Shown here one piece after another: positions 40,570 to 54,500 of a stretch of 64,000 bases of DNA. Within the stretch, counting starts at the first letter, position 1. The number at the start of each line of letters is the position of its first letter. Made by a program: the position numbers and the translations under genes. Under the pieces are notes generated by a model, which ran no database searches, was not told the origin of the DNA, and saw only the letters and a list, made by a program, of their open reading frames with translations. Source of the DNA: Eledone cirrhosa (Eukaryota); the NCBI GenBank assembly GCA_964016885.1, contig OZ024742.1:183458001-183522000 (forward strand), written 5' to 3'.

Positions 40570-41185
40570 CATGGTGTCCGGCGCTCTACCGATTCTGCCA
40601 ATAATTGTTTCTACGTTAGGCACAAGGCCAGCTATTTACCCAGTGCATTACTGGTACTTTATTTTATCGACCCCGTAAGGATGAAAGGCAAAGTTAACCT
40701 CAAATCCCGCCAAGGTTAACTTTGCCTTTCATCCTTACGGGGTCGATAAAATAAAGTACCAGTAATGCACTGTGTAATTGCTGGCCTTGTGCCTAACGTA
40801 GAAACAATTATTGGCAGAATCAGTAGAGCGCCGGACACCATGCTTCGCCGCATAGAGTGACGGTCCCTTACGTTCTGAGCTCAAATCCTGCCGAGGTTAT
40901 CTTTGTCTTTCATCCTTACAGGGTCGTTAAATAAAACACCAGTAATGCACTGGGGTCGATTTAATCGACTTTCCCCTCCTCCCAAATTGTTGGCCTTGAG
41001 CCTAAATCAGAAACCATTTGGCAGTATCGGTAGAGCGTCGGACGCCATGCTTTGCAGCGTAGAGTTACGGCCCTTTATGATGAGTTCAAATCCCGCCTTT
41101 CATTCTTACGGGGTCGATGAAATAAAGTACCAGTAATACATTGGGGTTTATTGCTGGCCTTGTGCCTATATAAGAAACCATTATT
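40570..41185. mobile_element. SINE cluster: foldback palindrome 40570-40842 plus head-to-tail SINE multimer
   Basis: ~130-bp arms around the loop CAAATCCCGCCA; further tandem plus-strand copies to ~41185. Confidence 0.85.
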
Positions 41186-41638
41186 ATTATTATATAAAAT
41201 TTGAAACATAACCTAGAAGATGACTGAAATAAAAATAAATAAATAAAAATACAAATAAAAAAAAGAAAGGAAACCAGAAGGAAAGAAAGGAAGAAGGAAC
41301 GAATAGAGTTAGTCTTATTGTTGTGAGAGGTTTTGTTGAGTGGAGATCATGCGATCACAATTGAAACGAAATAATACAAGAGAACAATAGGAAGGAAGGG
41401 GAAAGGGGAGAAAGGAAAGAAAAAAATGGCAAAAAAACATACAAATAATATTCATAAAAAAACCCCTTCATTAGGGGTCAGAGGCGTGTCAGGCTGAGAG
41501 AATGGTTTTTGAATATCAATGAGTTATTTAAAAACACGCTAAAAAACGAGGAAACTGAAGATTAAAAATATAGGAAATCTGCTTCTCAAACTCTCCCTCC
41601 CCTCTCTCTCTCCTTCTCTCACTCTCCCCTCTCTCTTT

Positions 41639-41670
<32 letters not shown>

Positions 41671-41782
41671 GCATATGATATATATATATATATATATACA
41701 TATATACACTTTATATATATATATATATATATATATACTGTATATATATATATATGCATATGATATATATATATATAAAGTG

Positions 41783-41851
<69 letters not shown>

Positions 41852-41870
41852 GCATATATATATATATATA

Positions 41871-41907
<37 letters not shown>

Positions 41908-42187
41908 ATATATATCACAGTTAACGTTTGTCTGTGCAGAGGCTTTTATGTTCAATTTGTCAGTAAAAGATACGATAACAGAGTTTAAAAAAAAAAAAGA
42001 AATACGCTGAAGCTCCTAAATGTTCATTAAATACATATCCGTTCAACGTTTCTAATAATAGATCATATACACACACATACACACACACACACACAGACCA
42101 TATATATATGTGTGTGTGAGGGTGTGTATATGCGTTCAGTAAAAAAAAAAAAACATTTTCAAACATCTGTAACACCTTATGATTGTT

Positions 42188-42545
42188 GCTACTATTGGTA
42201 CAAGGCCAGCAATTATCTCAGTAGATTACTGGTACTTTATTTTATCGACCCCGTAAGGATGAAAGGCAAAGTTAATGTCGGCGGGATTTGAACTCACACC
42301 ATAAAGGGGCGCAACTCGATGTTGCAAAGCATGGCGTCCGACCTTCTACTGATACTGCCAATCCCCCACCCTTATTAGTAATAATGGTTTCTTATATAGG
42401 CACAAGGCCAGCAATTTTGGGGAGGGAAAATCGATTAAATCGACCCCTGTGCGTGACTGGTACTTTATGTTAGCGATTAAAGGCAAAATTAACCTCGGCA
42501 GGATTTGAACACAGATCATAAAGGGCCGATACTGCCAATCCGCTA
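42188..42545 (-). mobile_element. Two tandem SINE copies
   Basis: Reverse complement of the SINE core and B-box, seen twice. Confidence 0.75.
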
Positions 42546-42619
42546 CCCTCACCTTATTAGTAATAATAATAAAAAGAAGAAATTGTTTCAATTCATTACA
42601 TTTGTTTACAAATTGTTTA

Positions 42620-43430
42620 GTAAGTAATTTAAAAAATGGTACATGGCGTGGAATATCGCAGCGGAATTAAATTTCTCCTGTTGAGTTTAAAATCGTAAAA
42701 AAAAAAGAAAACATCGAGGCGCTTCAATGCTCATCACTTGCAACAATTTACCGCTGGATTGAATATTTTAAAGATAGAAGAACTTTTCTTTTAGACGGTA
42801 AAATGTTGGGCAGATCTATTGAAATTGGAGAAGAGACCACAGAAAAATGCAATAAAATCAATTGCGATCTGAGAGCTTTTTTTTCTCAAGTTGACATCTG
42901 TGTCGAACAAATTCATAACATTTTGGGGCATGGTGACATTCAAAAGCTGTATTTGAGATTCGTGCCAAAATCTTTGGCATGCGAAATGTGTGACAAGCGA
43001 CACCAGACTTATGAATATAACCTCAACATTCTAAATGAGTATGGTCCAATATTTATTGAAAATATTGTCACCATTTATTACCACTTAGTCTATACCTTCC
43101 TGAATCAAATCGAGACTCCAAAGAATGGAAATTTCCATGCAAATTGAGAAGTGGAACAAGATATCAGCATACATGGATACTCACAATTTTCTGGAATAAT
43201 CATGGTGTTGTGTCAATTGATTTTACTGAAAAAGGTGTCTCAATAAATTTAGATTATTAAAGAATGCAGAAAAACGAGGTGAAAGAAGAGAAAAATTGCA
43301 ATTTAGTTTCTGCAAGACAACGCAACAATTACAACGCAACAATTCACAAAAGTGTTCAAACAATACAGAAAATTCGTGATGTTGGTTTAGAGTTGATTGA
43401 ACGTCCTCCGTACAACTCTGATTTGAGTTC
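42620..43430 (+). pseudogene. Decayed mariner-type transposase
   Basis: EYRSGIKFL, TIYRWIEYF, RFVPKSL (WVPxxL), ENIVT, IFWNNHGVVSIDF, QDNA, ERPPYNSDLS (HPPYSPDLA). TIRs not identified. Confidence 0.75.
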
Positions 43431-43575
43431 CGAGCCCATTCATGTAAATTTATATTACAGTCGCTTAGACCTCTTGATCTATGGACAATAACTGAGAAAA
43501 TAATAATAGATAAATTGCATAACTTTCCTTACGACATCCAGAATGCACACATCAACATTCGTCTTGGCTTAGGTC

Positions 43576-43640
43576 AGGCATGGGCAACCGTTTTTCAAGC
43601 AGTGGGCCGCATAGGATGTGGCTTTACATAAGGCAGGCTG
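43576..43640 (+). mobile_element. Possible hAT-type terminal fragment
   Basis: CAGGCATGGGCAAC...GGGCCGCA resembles hAT TIR/subterminal sequence; no partner end found. Confidence 0.35.
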
Positions 43641-44322
43641 CACTACTAACAATTTCAAAGCAGTTCCGAAATTTGGCTTGCCATTCAGAAAACTGATTTA
43701 GCTGTTATTTCGGGTACCCCACTATCAGCACCAATACGACTAATACCATTTTAGTCACTATTTAAGATCGACCAGCACAATTAGTATCAACACCACTATT
43801 TGTCTTTGTTTAACCACTATTTAATCTATCGCACCATTAGCACTAATATCACTATTAGTCTTTGGTTTAACCACTATTTAAGCTTCACCAGTGCCTTTAG
43901 AACCAACACTACTATTACCAGTTTAGACGCAACTTTAAGTCCCTACCATCATTAATATCAACACCACTACTAATATTGGTTAAAACCACTATTTAAGGTC
44001 CACCACCCTCAGTGCCACATCAACCATTACTTTTGGTTTAGCCGATATATTGATCTTGTGTAAATAAGCCTGATTAAAGGTGAAGTGGATTCGTTTCAGT
44101 GAACTTTCAGGTATATTATGTTATCCATTTCAGTTGAATGGCGAAGCTAGTAAATATATTTAGTATTGAAATACTGGAGAGATTTCCCGCTTTCTTTTGA
44201 CTATACATACGTTCATACAAAATGACATATATATCAATATATATATATATACATACAAAAAAGATGTCCCCAAAAATGTATACATACTTCAATAGCAGTG
44301 TATACATTTTTTGGGGGAGATC

Positions 44323-44364
<42 letters not shown>

Positions 44365-44393
44365 TCCTAGCTAAGCATATTGATAATATATTG

Positions 44394-44449
<56 letters not shown>

Positions 44450-44541
44450 TCCGAGCTAAGCATATTGATAATATATATATATATGCCAAAACGTGCACAC
44501 ACGCACAGATACACATACACAAAAGCACGTGTATATGTATA

Positions 44542-44694
<153 letters not shown>

Positions 44695-44712
44695 TCACTT
44701 ATGTATATATAA

Positions 44713-44747
<35 letters not shown>

Positions 44748-44924
44748 AAACAATATATCAATCAATATGCTTAGCAAGGAAGATATCCATCTGGACACAG
44801 CTGTATTTGAACATTTTAACGAGATGTTGACTGTTTAAACAGCAGTCACCACACACAAGTTAGCGCTTGGTTTGTAAATTGATATCAGTAGGATTGCTTC
44901 CAATTTCTGCTGTTAAATTTGGAT

Positions 44925-45560
44925 ATATTAATATATTTAGTATATTCAAAATAGGACTAATTTCAGCTGTTTATTTAGGAATTATATTCTAAATTCTATA
45001 AAGCACAATATATTTTATATTTAATATATTCTAAACAAGACTAATTCCAGCTGTTTATTCTGAAAATATATTCTAAACACTGTATGTACAATGTATTTCA
45101 TATATTCCATATGTTTTAAACAGGACTAATCTCTGTTATTTTTTCTGGAAATATATTCTGAATACTATATAGTACGAGGTACTGTATAGAAATATATTTT
45201 GATAACTAATTTAGAGAAAAGGCCTGCAAATTTGGGAGAAGAGCAAAGTTGTTTAAATCAACCATAATGGTTAGATATGATAGATACCGTGTAGTACCAT
45301 ATATACAACAGCACAAGGTACTCTATAGTACCCTGTATTCTGAACAGTATTAGGTATTTTATAATACTACATATTCGAAATAGAACTAGGTACTCTAGAA
45401 TACCATATATTCTGAATAGAATTAGGTAATATCTAGTACTATATATTTTGAAAAAAACTTCGTAATTTATAAAATAAAGTACCTTGTATTCCGAACAGGA
45501 CTACGAGCATTATAGTACCATGTGTTCCAAGAGAACTAAGTGTTTTATAGTACCATACAT
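44925..45560. repeat. Degenerate edge of the 36-bp satellite
   Basis: Recurrent ATATATTCT(A/G)AA(C/T)AG(A/G)ACTA motifs that become more consensus-like toward 45560. Confidence 0.7.
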
Positions 45561-48500
45561 CCCTAACAGAACTAGGTACATTAGAGGACCATATATTCTA
45601 GACAGAACAAGGTACATTACAGTACCATATATTTTAAACAGAACTAGGTACATTACAGTGCCATATATTCTACACAGAACTAGGTACATTACAGTGCCAT
45701 ATATTCTACACAGAACTAGGTACATTACAGTACCATATATTCCAGAGAGAAGTAGGTACATTAGAGTACCATATATTCTAAACAGAACTAGGTACATTAG
45801 AGTACCATATATTCTAAACAGAACTAGGTACATTAGAGTACCATATATTCTAGAGAGAACTAGGTACATTACAGTACCATATATTCTAAACAGAACTAGG
45901 TACATTACAGTACCATATATTCTAAACAGAACTAGGTACATTACAGTAGCATATATTGTAAACAGAACAAGGTACATTACAGTACCATATATTCTAAACA
46001 GAACTAGGTACATTACAGTACCATATATTGTAAACAGAACTAGGTACATTACAGTACCATATATTCTAAACAGAACTAGGTACATTACAGTACTATATAT
46101 TCAAGACAGAACAAGGTACATTACAGTACCATATATTCTAAACAGAACAAGGTACATTACAGTACCATATATTCTAAACAGAACTAGGTACATTACAGTA
46201 CCATATATTCTAGACAGAACTAGGTACATTACAGTACCATATATTCTAGACAGAACTAGGTACATTACAGTACCATATATTCTAGACAGAACTAGGTACA
46301 TTAGAGTACCATATATTCTAGACAGACCTAGGTACATTACAGTACCATATATTATAGACAGAACTAGGTACATTACAGTACCATATATTCTAGACAGAAC
46401 AAGGTACATTACAGTACTATATATTCTAGACAGAACTAGCTACATTACAATACCATATATTCTAGACAGAACAAGGTACATTACAGTACCATATATTCTA
46501 AACAGAACAAGGTACATTACAGTACCATATATTCTAAACAGAACTAGGTACATTACAGTACCATATATTCTAAACAGAAAAAGGTATATTACAGTACCAT
46601 ATATTCTAAACAGAACTAGGTACATTACAGTACCATATATTCTAGACAGAACAAGGTACATTACAGTACCATATATTCCAGAGAGAAGTAGGTACATTAG
46701 AGTACCATATATTCTAAACAGAACTAGGTACATTAGAGTACCATATATTCTAAACAGAACTAGGTACATTAGAGTACCATATATTCTAGAGAGAACTAGG
46801 TACATTACAGTACCATATATTCTAAACAGAACTAGGTACATTACAGTGCCATATATTCTACACAGAACTAGGTACATGACAGTGCCATATATTCTACACA
46901 GAACTAGGTACATTACAGTACCATATATTCCAGAGAGAAGTAGGTACATTAGAGTACCATATATTCTAAACAGAACTAGGTACATTAGAGTACCATATAT
47001 TCTAAACAGAACTAGGTACATTAGAGTACCATATATTCTAGAGAGAACTAGGTACATTACAGTACCATATATTCTAAACAGAACTAGGTACATTACAGTA
47101 CCATATATTCTAAACAGAACTAGGTACATTACAGTACCATATATTGTAAACAGAACAAGGTACATTACAGTACCATATATTCTAAACAGAACTAGGTACA
47201 TTACAGTACCATATATTGTAAACAGAACTAGGTACATTACAGTACCATATATTCTAAACAGAACTAGGTACATTACAGTACTATATATTCTAGACAGAAC
47301 AAGGTACATTACAGTACCATATATTCTAAACAGAACAAGGTACATTACAGTACCATATATTCTAAACAGAACTAGGTACATTACAGTACCATATATTCTA
47401 GACAGAACTAGGTACATTACAGTACCATATATTCTAGACAGAACTAGGTACATTACAGTACCATATATTCTAGACAGAACTAGGTACATTAGAGTACCAT
47501 ATATTCTAGACAGACCTAGGTACATTACAGTACCATATATTATAGACAGAACTAGGTACATTACAGTACCATATATTCTAGACAGAACAAGGTACATTAC
47601 AGTACCATATATTCTAGACAGAACTAGCTACATTACAATACCATATATTCTAGACAGAACAAGGTACATTACAGTACCATATATTCTAAACAGAACAAGG
47701 TACATTACAGTACCATATATTCTAAACAGAACTAGGTACATTACAGTACCATATATTCTAAACAGAAAAAGGTATATTACAGTACCATATATTCTAAACA
47801 GAACTAGGTACATTACAGTACCATATATTCTAGACAGAACAAGGTACATTACAGTACCATATATTCTAGACAGAACTAGGTACATTACAGAACCATATAT
47901 TCTAGACAGAACTAGGTATATTACAGTACCATATATTCTAGACAGAACTAGGTACATTACAGTACCATAAATTATAGACAGAAGTAGGTACATTACAGTA
48001 CCATATATTCTAGACAGAACTAGGTATATTACAGTACCATATATTCTAAACAGAACTAGGCACATTACAGTACCATATATTCTAAACAGAACTAGGTACA
48101 TTACAGTACCATATATTCTAAACAGAACTAGGTACATTACAGTACCATATATTCTAAACAGAACTAGGTACATTAGAGTACCATATATTCTAGACAGAAC
48201 TAGGTACATTACAGTACCATATATTATAGACAGAACTAGGTACAATAGAGTACCATATAGTCTAAACAGAAATAGGTACATTACAGTACCTTATATTGTA
48301 AACAGAACTAGGTACATTACAGTACCATATATTGTAAACAGAACTAGGTACATTACAGTACCATATATTCTAAACAGAACTAGGTATATTACAGTACGAT
48401 ATATTCTAAACAGAACTAGGTACATTACAGTACCATATATTCCAGAGAGAAGTAGCTACATTAGAGCACCATATATTCTAAACAGAATTAGGTACATTAG

Positions 48501-51500
48501 AGTACCATATATTCTAAACAGAACTAGGTACATTAGAGTACCATATATTCTAGACAGAACAAGGTACATTACAGTACCATATATTCTAGACAGAACAAGG
48601 TACATTACAGTACCATATATTCTAAACAGGAGAAGGTACATTACACTACCATATATTCTAAACAGAACTAGGTACATTACAGTACCATATATTCTAGACA
48701 GAACTAGGTACATTACAGTACCATATATTCTAGACAGAACTAGGTACATTACAGTACCATATATTATAGACAGAACTAGGTACATTACTGTAGCATATAT
48801 TCTAGACAGAACAAGGTACATTACAGTACCATATATTCTAGACAGAACAAGGTACATTACAGTACCATATATTCTAAACAGAACTAGGTACATTACAGTA
48901 CCATATATTCTAAACAGAACTAGGTACATTACAGTACCATATATTCTAGACAGAACTAGGTACATTACAGTACCATATATTCTAGACAGAACTCGGTACA
49001 TTACAGTACCATATATTCTAAACAGAACTAGGTACATTACAGTACCATATATTCTAGACAGAACTAGGTACATTAGAGTACCTTATATTCTAGACAGAAC
49101 TAGGTACATTAGAGTACCATATATTCTAGACAGAACTAGGTACATTACAGTACCATATATTATAGACAGAACTAGGTACATTACTGTACCATATATTCTA
49201 GACAGAACAAGGTACATTACAGTACCATATATTCTAGACAGAACAAGGTACATTACAGTACCATATATTTTAGACAGAACTAGGTACATTACAGTACCAT
49301 ATATTCTAGACATAACTAGGTACATTACAGTACCATATATTCTAGACAGAACTACGTACATTACAGTACCATATATTCTAAACAGAACTAGGTACATTAC
49401 ATTACCATATATTGTAAACAGAACTAGGTACATTACAGTACCATATATTGTAAACAGAACTAGGTATATTACAGTACCATATATTCTAAACAGAACTAGG
49501 TACATTACAGTACCATATATTCTAGACAGAACAAGGTACATTACAGTACCATATATTCGAAACAGAACTAGGTACATTACAGTACTATATATTCTAGAGA
49601 GGAACAAGGTACATTACAGTACCATATATTCTAAACAGAACAAGGTACATTACAGTACCATATATTCTAAACAGAACTAGGTACATTACAGTACCATATA
49701 TTCTAAACAGAAAAAGGTATATTACAGTACCATATATTCTAAACAGAACTAGGTACATTACAGTACCATATATTCTAGACAGAACGAGGTACATTACAGT
49801 ACCATATATTCTAGACAGAACTAGGTACATTACAGAACCATATATTCTAGACAGAACTAGGTATATTACAGTACCATATATTCTAGACAGAACTACGTAC
49901 ATTACAGTACCATAAATTATAGACAGAAGTAGGTACATTACAGTACCATATATTCTAGACAGAACTAGGTATATTACAGTACCATATATTCTAAACAGAA
50001 CTAGGCACATTACAGTACCATATATTCTAAACAGAACTAGGTACATTACAGTACCATATATTCTAAACAGAACTAGGTACATTACAGTACCATATATTCT
50101 AAACAGAACTAGGTGCATTAGAGTACCATATATTCTAGACAGAACTAGGTACATTACAGTACCATATATTATAGACAGAACTAGGTACAATAGAGTACCA
50201 TATAGTCTAAACAGAAATAGGTACATTACAGTACCATATATTCTAAACAGAACTAGGTACATTACAGTACCATATATTGTAAACAGAACTAGGTACATTA
50301 CAGTACCATATATTGTAAACAGAACTAGGTACATTACAGTACCATATATTCTAAACAGAACTAGGTATATTACAGAACGATATATTCTAAACAGAACTAG
50401 GTACATTACAGTACCATATATTCCAGAGAGAAGTAGCTACATTAGAGTACCATATATTCTAAACAGAACTAGGTACATTAGAGTACCATATATTCTAAAC
50501 AGAACTAGGTACATTAGAGTACCATATATTCTAGAGAGAACTAGGTACATTACATTACCATATATTCTAAACAGAACTAGGTACATTACAGTACCATATA
50601 TTCTAAACAGAACTAGGTACATTACAGTACCATATATTCTAGACAGAACTAGGTACATTACAGTACCATATATTCTAGACAGAACTCGGTACATTACAGT
50701 ACCATATATTCTAAACAGAACTAGGTACATTACAGTACCATATATTCTAGACAGAACTAGGTACATTAGAGTACCATATATTCTAGACAGAACTAGGTAC
50801 ATTACAGTACCATATATTCTAAACAGAACTAGGTACATTACAGTACCATATATTCTAGACAGAACTAGGTACATTAGAGTACCTTATATTCTAGACAGAA
50901 CTAGGTACATTAGAGTACCATATATTCTAGACAGAACTAGGTACATTACAGTACCATATATTATAGACAGAACTAGGTACATTACAGTACCATATATTCT
51001 AGACAGAACAAGGTACATTACAGTACCATATATTCTAGACAGAACTAGCTACATTACAGTACCATATATTTTAGACAGAACTAGGTACATTACAGTACCA
51101 TATATTCTAGACATAACTAGGTACATTACAGTACCATATATTCTAGACAGAACTACGTACATTACAGTACCATATATTCTAGACAGAACAAGGTACATTA
51201 CAGTACCATATATTCGAAACAGAACTAGGTACATTACAGTACTATATATTCTAGACAGAACAAGGTACATTACAGTACCATATATTCTAAACAGAAATAG
51301 GTACATTACAGTACCATATATTGTAAACAGAACTAGGTGCATTACAGTACCATATATTCTAAACAGAACTAGGTATATTAGAGTACCATATATTCTAAAC
51401 AGAACAAGGTACATTACAGTACCATATATTCTAAACAGAACTAGGTGCATTACAGTACCATATATTCTAAACAGAACTAGGTATATTAGAGTACCATATA

Positions 51501-54500
51501 TTCTAGACAGAACAAGGTACATTACAGTACCATATATTCTAAACAGAACTAGGTACATTACAGTACCATATATTCTAAACAGAACTAGGTATATTACTGT
51601 ACGATATATTCTAAACAGAACTAGGTACATTACAGTACCATATATTCCAGAGAGAAGTAGGTACATAAGAGTACCATATATTCTAAACAGAACTAGGTAC
51701 ATTAGAGTACCATATATTCTAGAGAGAACTAGGTACATTACATTACCATATATTCTAAACAGAACTAGGTACATTACAGTACCATATATTGTAAACAGAA
51801 CAAGGTACATTACAGTACCATATATTCTAAACAGAACTAGGTACATTACAGTACCATATATTCTAAACAGAACTAGGTACATTACAGTACCATATATTCT
51901 AAACAGGACTAGGTACATTACAGTACCATATATTCTAAACAGAACTAGGTACATTACAGTACCATATATTCTAAACAGAACTAGGTACATTACAGTACCA
52001 TATATTCTAGACAGAACAAGGTACATTACAGTACCATATATTCTAAACCGGAGAAGGTACATTACAGTACCATATATTCTAAACAGAACTAGGTACATTA
52101 CAGTACCATATATTCTAGACAGAACTAGGTACATTACAGTACCATATATTCTAGACAGAACTAGGTACATTACAGTACCATATATTCTAAACAGAACTAG
52201 GTACATTAGAGTACCATATATTCTAGACAGAACTAGGTACATTACAGTACCATATATTATAGACAGAACTAGGTACATTACAGTACCATATATTCTAGAC
52301 AGAACAAGGTACATTACAGTACCATATATTCTAGACAGAACTAGGTACATTACAGTACCATATATTTTAGACAGAACTAGGTACATTACAGTACCATATA
52401 TTCTAGACATAACTAGGTATATTACAGTACCATATATTCTAAACAGAACTAGGTACATTACAGTACCATATATTCTAGACAGAACAAGGTACATTACAGT
52501 ACCATATATTCGAAACAGAACTAGGTACATTACAGTACTATATATTCTAGACAGAACAAGGTACATTACAGTACCATATATTCTAAACAGAAATAGGTAC
52601 ATTACAGTACCATATATTGTAAACAGAACTAGGTGCATTACAGTACCATATATTCTAAACAGAACTAGGTATATTAGAGTACCATATATTCTAGACAGAA
52701 CAAGGTACATTACAGTACCATATATTCTAAACAGAACTAGGTACATTACAGTACCATATATTCTAAACAGAACTAGGTACATTACAGTACCATATATTCT
52801 AGACAGAACTAGGTACATTAGAGTACCATATATTCTAAACAGAACTACGTACATTACAGTACCATATATTCTAAACAGAACTAGGTACATTACAGTACCA
52901 TATATTCTAGACAGAACTAGGTACATTACAGTACCATATATTCTAGTCAGAACGAGGTACATTACAGTACCATATATTCTAAACAGAACTAGGTACATTA
53001 CAGTACCATATATTCTAGACAGAACTAGGTACATTACAGTACCATATATTCTAAACAGAATAAGGTATATTACAGTACCATATATTCTAAACAGAACTAG
53101 GTACATTACAGTACTATATATTCTAGACAGAACAAGGGACATTACAGTACCATATATTCTAGACAGAACTAGGTATATTACAGTACCATATATTCTAGAC
53201 AGAACTAGGTACATTACAGTACCATAAATTATAGACAGAACTAGGTACATTACAGTACCATATATTCTAGACAGAACTAGGTATATTACAGTACCATATA
53301 TTCTAAACAGAACTAGGTACATTAGAGTACCATATATTCTAGACAGAACTAGGTACATTACAGTACCATATATTATAGACAGAACTAGGTACATTAGAGT
53401 ACCATATAGTCTAAACAGAAATAGGTACATTACAGTACCATATATTCTAAACAGAACTAGGTACATTACAGTACCATATATTGTAAACAGAACTAGGTAC
53501 ATTACAGTACCATATATTGTAAACAGAACTAGGTACATTACAGTACCATATATTCTAAACAGAACTAGGTATATTACTGTACGATATATTCTAAACAGAA
53601 CTAGGTACATTACAGTACCACATATTCCAGAGAGAAGTAGGTACATAAGAGTACCATATATTCTAAACAGAACTAGGTACATTAGAGTACCATATATTCT
53701 AAACAGAACTAGGTACATTAGAGTACCATATATTCTAGAGAGAACTAGGTACATTACATTACCATATATTCTAAACAGAACTAGGTACATTACAGTACCA
53801 TATATTGTAAACAGAACAAGGTACATTACAGTACCATATATTCTAAACAGAACTAGGTACATTACAGTAACATATATTCTAAACAGAACTAGGTACATTA
53901 CAGTACCATATATTCTAAACAGAACTAGGTACATTACAGTACCATATATTCTAGACAGAACAAGGTACATTACAGTACCATATATTCTAAACAGAACAAG
54001 GTACATTACAGTACCATATATTCTAAACAGAACTAGGTACATTACAGTACCATATATTCTAGACAGAGCTACGTACATTACAATACCATATATTGTAAAC
54101 AGAACTAGGTACATTACAGTACCATATATTCTAAACAGAACTAGGTACATTACAGTACCATATATTCTAAACAGAACTAGGTACATTACAGTACCATATA
54201 TTCTAAACAGAACTAGGTACATTACAGTACCATATATTCTAGACAGAACTAGGTACATTAGAGTACCATATATTCTAAACAGAACTACGTACATTACAAT
54301 ACCATATATTGTAAACAGAACTAGGTACATTACAGTACCATATATTCTAAACAGAACTAGGTACATTACAGTACCATATATTCTAAACAGAACTAGGTAC
54401 ATTACAGTACCATATATTGTAAACAGAACTAGGTACATTACAGTACCATATATTCTAAACAGAACTAGGTACATTACAGTACCATATATTCTAAACAGAA

